Source: Macrostomum lignano
Taxonomy: Eukaryota
Direction: 5' to 3'
Length of the DNA stretch: 64,000 nucleotides
NCBI GenBank assembly: GCA_002269645.1
Contig: NIVC01003586.1
Span: forward strand, 25,478 to 89,477
Shown here: positions 16,840-29,577 of the stretch, piece after piece
Position numbering within the stretch: position 1 is the first letter of the stretch
Layout: each line of letters begins with the position of its first letter
The notes under the pieces: generated by a model
Database searches by the model: none
What the model saw: only the letters and a program-made list of their open reading frames with translations
What the model was told of the DNA's origin: nothing
Translations under genes and position numbers: made by a program

Positions 16840-17052
16840 GGTAAGTCGCAAAAATGCCCAGCCTAAAGAATAGACGTATTACTAATTAGATGACGAGGCA
16901 TTCAGCCCTAATAAGACAGTTATAGTTACTCCTGCCGTTTACCCAAAATTGCGTTAGGTTTTTTTTTACAGGTAAGTCGCATTTTTGTTAAAAAAGTAAG
17001 TCGCATGGGCATGGCCAGTGTAAATCAGGGGGGTTGCGCAATGCGCATGCAT
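16840..17052 (+). repeat. Dispersed repeat, copy B (GC/CpG-retaining)
   Basis: Homologous to 10315-10530. Confidence 0.8.
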
Positions 17053-18290
17053 GCCATTGACATTAGGGCCAAATAACTGTTCTGCTAAAAATCACTAACT
17101 CACTTTACTTTTTTATTCAAAACTGTACCAACCCACCCTTGTTACTGTTGTCTTCACTGCTTTAAAACATAATACTTACTAGAGCCTATTACTATTACTA
17201 GGAGACTAGAGTAGGCCCTAGGACTGCATCATTGTGTCAAGAAGAGAAAAGCTTTTCACTGAAGTGAAATGACTGGTTGCCACTTAGTTAGGCCTTACAA
17301 TATTAGCTGTAGTATAAGTTTGACTTAGTGGAAAGGCCAGGGGCCGGGCCAATAAACTAACCCAACTGCGAACGGCTATCTTCTAGTTTCGTTCGTTTAA
17401 TTCCAACACCCACCCCCCACCACCCTTGAATAGAGGGCGAAATAATTCCGGAAATAATTAAACGAACAAAACGAACGAACGAACGAACATACGCAGTTTA
17501 AAGGTTCTTAAAATCTAAAATCTAAAATTTTTATTACTTTTTTTAAATATAAAATATTTTTTTAAGAATATAAGAGTATTTAACATATGAAATATATATT
17601 ACTTGTAACCGTGCAGCTGTCAATAAGACATTGTTATAACTGTTAAGGTAAATATGTCTGTTTTTAAATCTTGTTTTCTTTTGCTTTCTACGATGTGACT
17701 GTCATAAATTAATAAGAATCGCGGTCGTTCGACGTTCTTGAAGTAAGGTTTGGACTATAAACACAATGGCTGCATTTAAATATCTCAGTTAGTTAACTGT
17801 GATTCAAAAATTAATATGGTAAAGCCCAGACATGGATGTTTGATTCTAAAAAAAGTGGTGTGTGTCAATGCTTTGTCAGTATAGGCCCTATCTATAGTGT
17901 ATATTATTAACAATAATATCAGTAAATGTACTGGATTTTCATAGCAAATGTGGAAAAGCATTGCAATGTCAATTTAACATTTTAAATATCATTTATCTTG
18001 ATTCTTGTCAATGATTTTTGGGCAATAGCTTGTAAAATGAAATGAATAGCCAAAGTCTCCCACGAAGACCATAATTTGAATTTTCAATCAAGAGGTGCTG
18101 AATCAGAGTGGCCAACTCTTATGAGCAATGCGACAATTTATTATATATTAGTTAATATTGCATAAGCAATAAAACAAAATATGTTATAAACAAGTTTTGA
18201 AAACTTATATAAATAATAAATACAATAAAAAGTACAGTACAATATTAAATAGAATACAAATTATACAAATAATGCAATGTGAAAAAAGTA

Positions 18291-18817
18291 CCATAGTCAG
18301 GAAGGTGGCACAGTGTGCGCCGGAATAATTTTTTTGGGACGATATGTGCTCCGTCTATGCGCCATTTGTGCACTGTCTGTGCACCGTCTGTGCGCCACTC
18401 TTCACAAGTAGAGTTTTCTAAGAAAGGCCTTTGTACGAAAAGCCTTTTTAAAATGTTATGCATATTTTCATTTTAAACAAACTTAAATTATACCTACGAA
18501 TAGAGTAATGCAAAATTGACGTTTTTAGCAATAGTTTATACTAATTTTATTTACTGTTAATTTTAAAGAAGCAAAAAGTTTATTACTGACTTTCTAGACT
18601 ATATAAATCTCCTTTATTTTATATAAAATTGTTAATTTTCATTATAATTTTCATGCATGTCAGGGACCTTATGCGCTGCAATTATGCGCCGCATGCGCTA
18701 GGGACCTCAGTGTGCGCCAAGTGCGCCAACGACCCCTTGTGTGCGCCGCACTTGTGTGCTGAGACCCTTTGTGTGCGCGGGAATTTTCCCCCTCAGAGGC
18801 AACCTTCCTGACTATGG
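18291..18817. mobile_element. MITE (527 bp) with 8-bp TSD, hAT- or P-like
   Basis: TIR CCATAGTCAGGAAGGT at 18291 and its complement ending 18817. TSD AAAAAGTA on both sides. Subterminal GTGCGCC repeats. Confidence 0.9.
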
Positions 18818-21153
18818 AAAAAGTACAAAATATAATTACTTTTATAAGATATCTTATAAGCCATGTCAGTGCTTAGCCTTAGGCCTTTAAATTTTGTGCT
18901 TAGATCTACCCTATAGTTAGGATAGTACAACATGGTATGCTAGAAAAATGCCTCTTTTTATGTTATAACAAATATATGCCACTTTTATATTGTTAAAAAT
19001 ATAAACAATAAAGGACCTTTTTTGCAGTTGTCAAATTTTTTAACAAGAAAAATATGACTAGGCTTAAAGAAAAGTTAAATAAACCCATTTGTGCGTGCAC
19101 TGCGCTTTAGAAAAATTTCAAAAGTCCATCCGCAGTTTTACAACTTTTTCCTATAGGAAAGAGGCTTGCAAGTTTATTCATTGAATTTCATTGCTCAGCT
19201 AATACATAGGGCTACATATTGAAAGGCGCCAATAATAAAACCTATTGAATCTCAACAGAGTCCTATCTATCTTTTCACACTACAACTGCTATGTACACTT
19301 TGCCCAAGCCCAACCCCCTGTTCCGAGGGAATCATTAAATTTAATTGCAGCCCCCAACACAGGGGGGTTATTTGCCTTGAACCTGGAACATGTGCACCCA
19401 CCCCCAATACATAGCAACTTGCAGGTGGAGGTTGGGATGGCTTTTTTTATAAACCAACTGCAACCCTTCCACTGGAAAGACAGAAGGGCCAAAGAAGGTT
19501 AAAAGCAGTTTTCTACTTTTTTAGGGATGTTAAAATGTAAAAATTAAAAATTAAAACAGCCTAAAGCCTGATCTGGAAAATTTGCAGTTTTCCCATAAGA
19601 TTCAATGCTGATTTGGCAGTATTGTAGGAGTTCACTTGCAACAGACAAACATTGAATCAGTTTTAGTATATTGAAGCTTAGAGCCTATATCTATAAAAAT
19701 ACTGCTTGTTTTGTTAATAAAAAGCTAAAAGAGTTCTTCAAAACTTTTATAATGCATGTATTTTTTAAAGAGAAAATTTCTTGCAATGTGTAACTTGTGT
19801 ATTTGTCAAACTTTTAAGTTTTAGTAAGCATAAATTAGTGTGCCAAAAATTTACTTGAGATCAAAATGGTAGGCCTATGCCAAAATAGCTAAACTATTCA
19901 TTACATTAGTATGCTAGATATTTTTGGCATGCATATAACTTTCAAAGTATGGGACTTGCCTTATAGTTTTTTGTTAAGCCTATAAGTATAGTTATGCTAA
20001 AAATCACTAGAAAAGACATTTTTATTTAAGATATATAAGTTTCTCTTTACAAAAAGAAAAAAAAACATTCTATTTAAAACAAGCTATAATAGTAGATCTA
20101 AGGTCCAATTTCAAAATAGGATTTAAAAAGTCAAGATGCTATAGTTTTCCTATTGTGCAGAAAATCCTAGACTAAAGGACTTATTGTTATTAAAAACATA
20201 TGCTGTGTTATAACACTATGTTGATTTAGATTTACCTTAATATATTGTCTATAAATATCTAAAAATATTCTAATAATAGAGATATGCCCAACCATTAAGC
20301 TATTAATTTTTTAACAAATTAGTTAAACTTCAACTTAAGTATAGGTAATAAATTATAATGAAAGCCTTTTGACAATTGCTTTAAACAATTATTTTAAACC
20401 AATAATTATCTAGTTCCAAATATCTAGCTCGTACTAATAAGCTTCAATCTTTGCAATGTCTATGACGTTGAAGTCTAGGCCATTATCTTATAGGACTAAT
20501 AGCTGATTATTATACTTGTGTTCAATTTTAAGAACTTGAAAAATTCTATATTATTGTCACCTTAAACTTAAAGAATTTGTCATATCTTTTGACTAAACTT
20601 GATAAAAATTAAGATTTTATTGTAATTTTGGGTGATTTGCAAAAAAGTTGCATGATCAGTGTGATTTTAAAGGTTGCAAATGTATGGTCATACTGCCTAC
20701 ATAACCATATGACAAGTGTTTCTAATTAATAATTGATATAATCCCTTATCAATCAAATTCAGTATTATTTCTTTTATAATTGGATGATTTGAGATTAAAA
20801 GCAATGAGATGGGATTGAAACTTTTATTAAGGTGGATAAAATGGTTAGATAGTAAGATAAAGAATGATTTAAATCAATTCATTAGATTTTAAGACTATAG
20901 ATAAGGAATCCTGAAATTACACAGGTCCTTTTAAGTCCCAAAAATTTTGACTATTGAGAGTATTGGCATTTTAAAGTCTTATCAACCATAATTTATTTAA
21001 AAATAGAATAATAGAAAAGTGTTGATTATTTTATTCACCATTACTTGTCATGACACACAGCTGCTGATACTACCAGAACTAAATGTTAAAACTTTCTGAA
21101 TAGCTGTTTAGTTGCTCCAATTGCAGTCGCCAACTCACGCAGACACGGACGCA

Positions 21154-21462
21154 ATGTCCTCAGATGTCGAGAACCGGCAGCCGACTGCTAAGCTGGCCGA
21201 GATTGGCGACATCTTCAGTCGGAAACTGCACAGCTTCAATCCGGACAACTACAATATCTATCATTTCGAGGAGCTGACCATATCCGGCCGGAAGTACCTG
21301 TTCCGGCCATCTGTGCGCAACGACATGCTGACTGTTGTGCTGAAATACCGCGACCGCATGTGCCTGCTTGTGTCCATGCCCTGCCCTAGTGGAGACCCGG
21401 CCGCTAGGATACACGAGATTCACCAGTATGTTATGCAGTCAGAGTCTGCGGCTGGTGTGTGA
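21154..21462 (+). CDS. Uncharacterised 102-aa protein, paralog 1 of an orphan ~82-aa domain
   Basis: GC-richer ORF in AT-rich flanks. Ungapped 38/82 identity (hand count) to the N-terminus of 23554-24660. Confidence 0.8.
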   Translation: MSSDVENRQPTAKLAEIGDIFSRKLHSFNPDNYNIYHFEELTISGRKYLFRPSVRNDMLTVVLKYRDRMCLLVSMPCPSGDPAARIHEIHQYVMQSESAAGV

Positions 21463-22838
21463 GCTTTTCTTATATGCAGCCTCAATATCACAAGGCAGTG
21501 TTTTGTCTGTTCAAAGACTTGGCTGTACGAGGGGTATTTCAAAATTAAGGAGAATTCTTCCATAGCTTTTGATTGGGTATGCTGTCCATATTTGCACAAT
21601 GCGCTAGGTGAAAAATTTCACGTTAATAAATTGACCCATTTCAAAATATTAGGATTTTAGGCATTTAAAAAATATATTTTTAAGTATAAATAGTATAAAA
21701 GAATAAAAGCTATCTACAGGAATACTACTGACAAGAGTTGAATTTAGTAGTATTATGGGACATAAACAATAATATCAATAGCGAGTGACTTGCAAAGATA
21801 ATATCTGTTAGATAAAGACCTCTTAGGACAGTAAATCGTGAAAAGACTACTACTAACTGGAGTTTTATTCAGTAGTATATTTCTCGCTGTCACCTTGAGT
21901 CAAAACGAGACAAAACGCAATGATTTATTTACACTGGCTTCTATGACCGCATAAGAAAGTAATGTCTTAATGTGTAAGGCAATCTTGTAATGAGCTTCAA
22001 TTTTATTGACTAGGCTGGTCACTGCTTGCTAGAAAATCTCCATATTCTTTCGTTTGTATCTACATATTAAGTATGCGCTTGCTCATAGTGTACGCGAAGA
22101 CGATACCTTAGTTAAACGATTTGTCCTTCATTTGACCTTGTTTATTTCGATTTCAAGAACGCTTTACTAATGTGTGTTAATATTAATATTTTTATTTGTT
22201 GTTTTGACCCACCTTGTGTGCCCACCTCAGCCTCAACTAAAGCTGCAGTCCTTAATTTCTGTCACTGCCTACTGTTCTCTCAGTAGTTTGCGCGCTTTTT
22301 ATTCGACAATTGTTTTTACAAAGAACACCCCGAACAAAATGCGTTAACTTTGTCAAATAACACCGGTATTTGCAATTGTTCCTGCTCGTATATAATACAT
22401 TTTAAAAATATATTTTTTATGCATGCCAATTTTAATTGTAAGATTTAATGACGATTTTTATTTAGGTTTTTCGTATTCATTTTACTGCGCTTAATACTTG
22501 CGCTGCGGCACATATGGCGCGCATGATTTACTTGCATCTCTACTGTAAGTAGAGCAGTCTGCGTGTTCTTTCCGTATCTTTATAGCACTGTAATTGGCAG
22601 TGCGCCTGCAAATGCCTGCTCTTTCCCATTCTCGTTGCTATTTAATATTGTCACTGATGACTGGTATAACGCAATTAATAAATACATTTAGTCGCTTACA
22701 CAGTTCAGTCATAAATATCAATATGTTTTACTGCTTCTTTTTTCCATTAATGCACAACTGCATTAGAATTTTTATTCATAGCCAAGTTACACATTATACA
22801 TAGTCATATATGAATTTTACCAATGCCAAGTACTAGCT

Positions 22839-23410
22839 CATCCACAGCCATAGTGAGAGTTTATCCACAGTTATAGTGAGTTTATCCACAGCCATAGTGA
22901 GAGTTTATCCACACTTATAGTGAGAGTTTATCCACAGGCCACAGCCATAGTGAGATTTTATCCACAGGCCACAGCCATAGTGAGATTTTATCCACAGCCA
23001 TGGTGAGAGTTTATCCACAGGCCACAGCCATAGTGAGATTTTATCCACAGCCATGGTGAGAGTTTATCCACAGGCCACAGCCATAGTGAGATTTTATCCA
23101 CAGCCATAGTGAGAGTTTATCCACAGCCATAGTGAGAGTTCATCCACAACCATAGTGAGAGTTTATCCACAGCCATAGTGAGAGTTCATCCACAACCATA
23201 GTGAGAGTTCATCCACAGCCATAGTGAGAGTTCATCCACAACCATAGTGAGAGTTCATCCACAGCCATAGTGAGAGTTCATCCACAACCATAGTGACAGT
23301 TTATCCACAGCCAGAATGAGAGTTTATCCACAGACATAGTGAGAGTTCATCCACAGCCATAGTGAGAGTTTATCCACAGCCATAGTGAGAGTTTATCCAC
23401 AGCTACAATG
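22839..23410. repeat. Minisatellite, 23-bp unit ATCCACAGCCATAGTGAGAGTTT
   Basis: About 24 tandem units between the two paralogs. Confidence 0.95.
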
Positions 23411-23553
23411 AGTGACAGTCTGAATGACTTGGAACTTTAACCTTAACCCAGACATCATTTTAAACAGCACCAATAAATGATAAATTAACGTTCATGCCTT
23501 TAACTCCCAGCGTCACCTGTTGAGCGAGAGACATCGTCGCTGCCCTGTCAACA

Positions 23554-24660
23554 ATGGCAACGCCAGCCAAGCAGAGCAAGCTAAGCTTAGCGGAGCTGTT
23601 TTCTAAAAAGTTTCACTCCATCAACTTGAGCAACTTCAACATTTATCACTTTGAAGAGCACGCCATCGACGGTAGGAAATACCTGTACAGGCCGTCCGCT
23701 GACAACAGCCTGGTGCACATCGTGGCGCCGTTCCGCGAGGCCCACTGCTTCTTATCCTCGATGCCGTGCCAGCCAGATGATCCACTTGGCCAGGTGCGCT
23801 CGGTGCACCAATTCATTGTGCGATTGGAGAGCGGCGAGGTCAGCTTTGAGGAGACCAAATGCGGGGGCCTGGCTAAACTGGTTGATCCGGCTGCGACTGG
23901 CGCCAAATCTGCGCCGAAATCCACGGCGCCACCGGGTAAGGCGACGTCGGCGGCGGCAGCGAAACCGGCTACGTCAGCAGCGGCGGCGGCAACGAAGGCC
24001 GAGACGACGGCGGCAACAAATTCCAAGACAGCAAGCTCGGCAGCCGTTGCAGTGGAAGCAGAAGACGAGAAGAACAAGAAGAAACCGGCAGCGCCGGCCA
24101 AGGACAACAAAGACAAGGACGGCAGCAGCGCGAAGGCGGGAGATTCTAGCGAAACGGCTGCGGCAGCGCCAGCTGAAGCACCGGCCAAACCTGCGGACTC
24201 GGCGAAGCCACGCGACGAAAAAGTCGTCAAGGATAAGTCGCCGACTCCGCCGCCACAGTCGCAGCCGAAGGCCGCTGACGGAACCCAGGAGGAGAAGCAG
24301 GCGAAGGAAGAGACTGCGGCGTCAGCTTCCACTGCCGACAAGCCCGACGGTACCGCCGACAAGGAGGACAAGACTCCTCCCAGGGCCGGCAAGGATGCGG
24401 AGTCGCAGTCGGGCAGCGCCGAAGGCGACAGCAAAACCGCGGCTCCCACGACGGTGGCAGCCGAAGACAACGCTGAAGGTGACGAGCTGGCGGGCTCGAA
24501 TGCGACGGATTCAAAGCCGGAGGTTGCTGCAGCCGACGGCAAGGCCGAGGAGGACAAGTCGGCAACGGAGGCAGAGCCGGCGGCGGCCGCAGAATCGGCG
24601 CCTGCAGTTGCCGTTAGCAACGGCGGCGGTGGAAAAAGCGGCGGCGAAGACGCTTCCTAG
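23554..24660 (+). CDS. Uncharacterised 368-aa protein: orphan N-terminal domain plus long Ala/Lys/Glu/Asp-rich disordered tail (paralog 2)
   Basis: Long GC-rich ORF, ACAATGG start context, shared domain with 21154-21462. Confidence 0.85.
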   Translation: MATPAKQSKLSLAELFSKKFHSINLSNFNIYHFEEHAIDGRKYLYRPSADNSLVHIVAPFREAHCFLSSMPCQPDDPLGQVRSVHQFIVRLESGEVSFEETKCGGLAKLVDPAATGAKSAPKSTAPPGKATSAAAAKPATSAAAAATKAETTAATNSKTASSAAVAVEAEDEKNKKKPAAPAKDNKDKDGSSAKAGDSSETAAAAPAEAPAKPADSAKPRDEKVVKDKSPTPPPQSQPKAADGTQEEKQAKEETAASASTADKPDGTADKEDKTPPRAGKDAESQSGSAEGDSKTAAPTTVAAEDNAEGDELAGSNATDSKPEVAAADGKAEEDKSATEAEPAAAAESAPAVAVSNGGGGKSGGEDAS

Positions 24661-26830
24661 CCTGAATATGTCTGTAGGAATTTCCACAGATATGATAATA
24701 ACTAGATTGGCTATTTACATGTATAGCAGTTTACCTACTGTCAATTCAGTAGCAAGGAAGAGTTTGTAAGCTATTTTGTGAAAAGAAACAAAAAATGATT
24801 TTCCACGTAGGGGAATTGAAAGGCAACAAATGAACCTTGTCCTAAAAATACCAGTACATCAAAATGCTTGATTAAATCTTACTACTGAATTGAAAGTAGC
24901 TTACACGCAAATTTGCTGGGCGGTCTGTCTAGTTTATTATCATAGAATCTGTGAATGGCTTCGATTTATTTATTAATTTGCTAGTTTTTGTTATTTGATA
25001 AAGGCAGCGATTTACCGCGCATCTAGTTACAATATGCTATTTAATACTACTGTATCACATAACTGGCATCACCTGGGAGCTCTCGGTTTGTTGCTGATTG
25101 TGTAACCGAATTTTTACCTGTGTTTTTTCTGTTTTTGTTTTCACTTGTTTTTACGTTTTGACTCTTGCAGGATTAAGGCGGATTTAACTAGCAGCTTGCA
25201 GGCTCTTCTGTTTATTGGATGTTTCTTAAGTTCTTGTCTTTAACTGCCTGTGCTGTGTTTTGCCGCACCTGTTAATTAGTTGAATTTGCTGCTGTGTTAT
25301 ATAATGCGGCTTATTTACATTATCAATATTTACCTGTTGTAACATATAGGAGAGCAGCTGTACTATTGCGCACTATATAATACCTGAGCACCTGTTGATT
25401 GTCATATTTAATGCTTTGACCCTTCAAGTCCTACCGTATTAAACTGAAGCAATCCTAGCAGCTTGCAAAATGATTTGGCTGTCAATTGGCCATTGCTGCT
25501 AACATATGCCAGTAAAATTAATTCCATTATTTCATTGACATTTCTACCCCAGGGTCCTAGCACAGCCTACATGCACTCCACTTTGGCATCTGGGTCGGTT
25601 TTCAAATTTGTAAATTCGAAATTTTTCAGCATTAAAATATTTCTCCTGTTGTGCGTCCCCTGTTTCTATCCTAATTTAGACTTGGTTTCTCTTTGTAAAT
25701 AAGATTCTACAATAAAATATGCTGTAATACAATAATTTTATACACTAATTTATTAATAAATTTCTAATAGTAACAGCAGCCCTGTTGCAATATTTATGTT
25801 AGCGATTGTACCAAAACTTCTGTGTATTATAACCTTACTGATTTTATATATAACAGTAAGTTGAAGCATTATTTGTAATATTACATAATTTCATACATAA
25901 TAATAATAATCTGTTAATAATTGCCTGTTTTGTTCAGCGCAAAGCCTTGTAGAATTTCACTGCTGTTTGCATCCTATGGGCCACGAGAAACTTGCTGTTG
26001 CTTAAACTCTTTTTCCATCATTATTGATCTCTTTGATGTGTGCTCTCTTGAGTCTACACCGATTGCCAGACGGCCATTTGCCAGCCAACATTTACCAGCT
26101 GTTTTGGGTAAACGGCAGGAGTAACTACCCTTATTCAAATGGCGAGATGCCTCGGCAGCTAATTAGTATTCTGTGAGCTTATAATTGAACCCTCTGTCAG
26201 CAAGACCTGCACGCAGTTCTTGAATTTGGATTGTTTAATAAACTCTAAACACTATGTTAATTCCCCGGCATGCCAGTCATTGATTTATTGACTACAGCTG
26301 GAATAGCCGGTCAGCTGATCTGATTGATTACTCATCTCATCTCTCATCGTTCATTGGTAAAATGGCCAACCAAGAAAAGACAGAGGGCTGGTCCAGAGAA
26401 GGAGTTCCGAGGCCTCCCCAGAATTATAAACTCATTGATCAGATCGAGGGGTTTCAGGGGCTGCAGCGGCGCTTTTCCCATTTCTTTTCTGCTTGAAACC
26501 CGATCTGCCAAACTGGATGCCCTGTCGGTTTGTCAAATATTGATTGGCCATTTTTATTACTGCCTTGGCTGGAACTGCTAAATTAGCTTATGCAGTCTTG
26601 GCGTCACGAACTTGTAGGTAAACAGTTGGGGAAATGCAAATAGGCAGCGGCTGTGAGGGAAAATTCTCCTTAGAACTGGAGATTCGTGCTTAAAACATGA
26701 GCACCTCAGAAAACTGTTTAAAATAGCGATAACTTGAACTTGAGTAAAATTACTTCAGGGAATTAACTTATACAATCATTTTACTCTAATAGTAGGTAAA
26801 CTACGCGTTTCTTATAAATTTTTTGGGAGG

Positions 26831-26962
26831 CCAAGGACTCACCCTCAATTACCCCAGCTAATGCTGGTGCCCATTTTACAGCTGGGTGAACTGAAGCAAT
26901 GCAGAGTCAAGTGTCTTGCTTAAGACACAATTTGTTCCAGTGACACTAGGCTACAACCCCTA
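26831..26962 (-). mobile_element. tRNA-derived CORE-like SINE, internally deleted copy
   Basis: Nearly identical central domain to 36575-36782. A-box GTAGCCTAGTG kept, B-box segment missing. Confidence 0.75.
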
Positions 26963-27894
26963 GGCTAGTCTCGCTGAAATGACGAAAACCTCGATTCTCC
27001 GTATTGTGTATTTTCGGTAAAACCTGCCGACTAGAAAGTTTTCCTAGAAACGTAGTTTCCCATCCTTCTACCTGAGTAGTCCTTGAGCAATGGTAGATCT
27101 GGACGGGGTCAATAGGGGTCGGCTGACCCTATACCTTGGAAGAAGTCTCGCCTAATCTCGCAAATAATATAATTTGCTTGGCTAAATATGCATTTACACA
27201 GCCTAAAAAGTAGTAGGAAAAATATCCCTTGTCTATCCGCTCCCTTCTGTCTCACTCCGCTGCCTCCCCGCTAATGGGACAAGAGTTGGGAAGCGCTTCC
27301 CTCTGCCGCTTATCTGCACCAGCCGCAATCAGGCTTCACGGGGAGAAGGCGGAATTGATGAAGAAGAAGCTGAGAGCTGAGCAATGACTCAGTCCATAAC
27401 AGCAGCCCTGAACTGGCAGCTCTGGAGAGCAACTGTATTTTCACACATCTTGCGCCCAGCATCAAGTGGGCGAGGCCGAGAGATTGTGCAAAAATTGGCA
27501 GGCCGGCTTGTAAGCTGATTTCATTGCTTCTGTAGTCTGCGGGCGGTCGTGTGCAGGCAGACCTGGGCCCTCGAGGTAATTCGCTAGATACTTCTGCCGC
27601 TTCCTACATCGCTCGTTAGTCCAGCCTCCCGTGGGGGGGGGGCGCGGCACTGACAGCTGACTAATACACATGTCCGCTAATGTGAGCATAAGACTGAGAA
27701 TGTGCTGCAGACTCCTCTGTCGCTGCATCATTTAAAACTGCCGTTCTCTTTACAACATGTTGAATTATACTTTTATTTTATTAATTCGAAATTGAGCACT
27801 AAAACGGTTTATTCATAATTTTCTATCAATTTTTCATAAGACACATTGTTATAAAACTCAGACTGAATCCAGCAAGTCAATCCGCGCCAAGCTC

Positions 27895-28917
27895 CTACAG
27901 CTTCTGGCTGGCCAGTGCACCGATGGCATTGCAACTGCAGCCGCCGCCGAAACTGCTGCAGCCGCCGCCCCGACACACTGCTGTCTCGTACAGCGAGGCG
28001 ATCTCGCACGGCCCCTCCTCCGCCGCCGCAGCCACCTCCCCGCCCAGATGCAGCGGCGCCGTGGCCGCCGTGCGCCGGTTCGCGAAAACCTGTCGAGCTG
28101 CCGACGACAGACCGGCGTTGCCGCCGCCGACGCCGCCGCCGCTGAGAAGATGCCGATGGTTCGTCGAAGTTCCGCTACCGCCGCCCGCCAGGGCCGCCGA
28201 CGCCGCCGCCGCAGTGCTAGCCGAGGATTCCGAAGATCTGATCGATCTGGACGACGACGCCCGCTGAGCGGCGATGATGATCAGGAGCACCACGATGACC
28301 AGCAGGCAGACTGCCAGGGCTGCCGTGGCCGCTGGCAGCCAGGCCTCTCGATGCCCGGCCGCCGCAGCCGCCGCAGCCGCCGCTGCTGCTGCCGCCGCTG
28401 CCGCCGCAGCCGATGCCGCCGAAGGCGTCGGAGTCGGGCTAGACGGCGGCGGCCATGTTGAAGTTGGCTGCGGAGGCCGCGGTCGGGAGCAGAGGGCGCC
28501 GCCCTGGTACTGCTGGCAGTCGGCGAACCCGATCAGCGCTGGCGGCTGGATCGTCAGGCACTCGTTCCTGGCCAGCCGCCAGTCCTCCGCCACCTCGCCG
28601 CTTCCGACGCCGCCCTCGCCCAGCTCCCAGCGGCAGCTGCACCGGCGCCTGTCCCTGACGCCGTCGATCCACAGCCGGCGGTCGACGCGCTCCTCGGCCA
28701 GCCGAGCGCCGGCCGCTGCGGCGCCCCCGTCCACGGCCGCCGCTGGAGCGAGCGCCAGGCCCTCTCTGGCGCACAGCTGGGCTGCCTCCGACCAGGGCAT
28801 CGCGCCGAGAATCACCCGGAGTCCCGGCAGTGGCTGTTGCGCGTCCGCCTGACATGACGCTATTGTTAGAACTGTTGCCATGGCAACTAGAAGCAAACCG
28901 GCAGCAATCTGCGACAT
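27895..28917 (-). CDS. Single-pass membrane protein with a C-type-lectin-like domain (340 aa, intronless)
   Basis: Signal peptide, MPWSEAAQLC, LWIDG, W-x-W, C..C..ALC four-Cys pattern, Pro/Thr stalk, poly-Ala, TM helix, cytoplasmic tail. Confidence 0.75.
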   Translation of the reverse strand: MSQIAAGLLLVAMATVLTIASCQADAQQPLPGLRVILGAMPWSEAAQLCAREGLALAPAAAVDGGAAAAGARLAEERVDRRLWIDGVRDRRRCSCRWELGEGGVGSGEVAEDWRLARNECLTIQPPALIGFADCQQYQGGALCSRPRPPQPTSTWPPPSSPTPTPSAASAAAAAAAAAAAAAAAAAAGHREAWLPAATAALAVCLLVIVVLLIIIAAQRASSSRSIRSSESSASTAAAASAALAGGGSGTSTNHRHLLSGGGVGGGNAGLSSAARQVFANRRTAATAPLHLGGEVAAAAEEGPCEIASLYETAVCRGGGCSSFGGGCSCNAIGALASQKL

Positions 28918-29577
28918 GTTGTCCTTTTCTCATTCGAACTCGATGAAGGCTTCTCGACTTCGATCTGGAGGCTGACTGGGGGGGGGGGGTAAATATATCC
29001 GCTGCTGGCGCTGCCTGCTGACCAATTGCTGGGAGCTGGGGAAGGGGCCGCGTAAGTGGATTTGCTCTCCGGGATAACCGGCTTCTGAGGAGAAATAAGA
29101 GGCGGAGGCTTGGGGAGAAAAAGTAGGCCATGGCTTTGGAAGGCGGCGGGGGGTTTGGGGCTGGGGCGCGCGCCCGCGATTCAATTTTTGTCGCGTCGAT
29201 GGCTCAGAGAGAAGGGAGGCGGCAGGCAGGCTGGGAGGGAAAGTGCCCGCGCATTGCAGTCTAAAGTCTACAGATGGGTGTCCCCAGAATCCGGGGAGGG
29301 GGGCTCTGCAGTGTCCCGCCTAATCAAGTGCAACTGGGCAGTGGTCCGTGAGTTTTTCCCTCGATGCCCTGATTGGTGCTGACAGATCTGTAATCTGCTC
29401 TGGGCTGGCTGGCTGGGGGGGGGGCAGCCAAGATTGCTCAGATCTCAGGCGGAGCGGGGCGGAGGTCGGGCAGCTTTAGTACGTTTTCACTCTTCAGTTG
29501 GACACGCTCTGTTGCTCTTTGAATGCAGTTTGGGCAATGTCATTTGCTCAGCTGGAGGTGGCGATGATGTCCCTCCA

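Noticed and set aside
22839-23410. CRISPR-like appearance of regular repeats (also 47397-48600 and 57530-58440)
   Set aside because: Units are head-to-tail with no unique spacers, there are no cas genes, and the context is eukaryotic.
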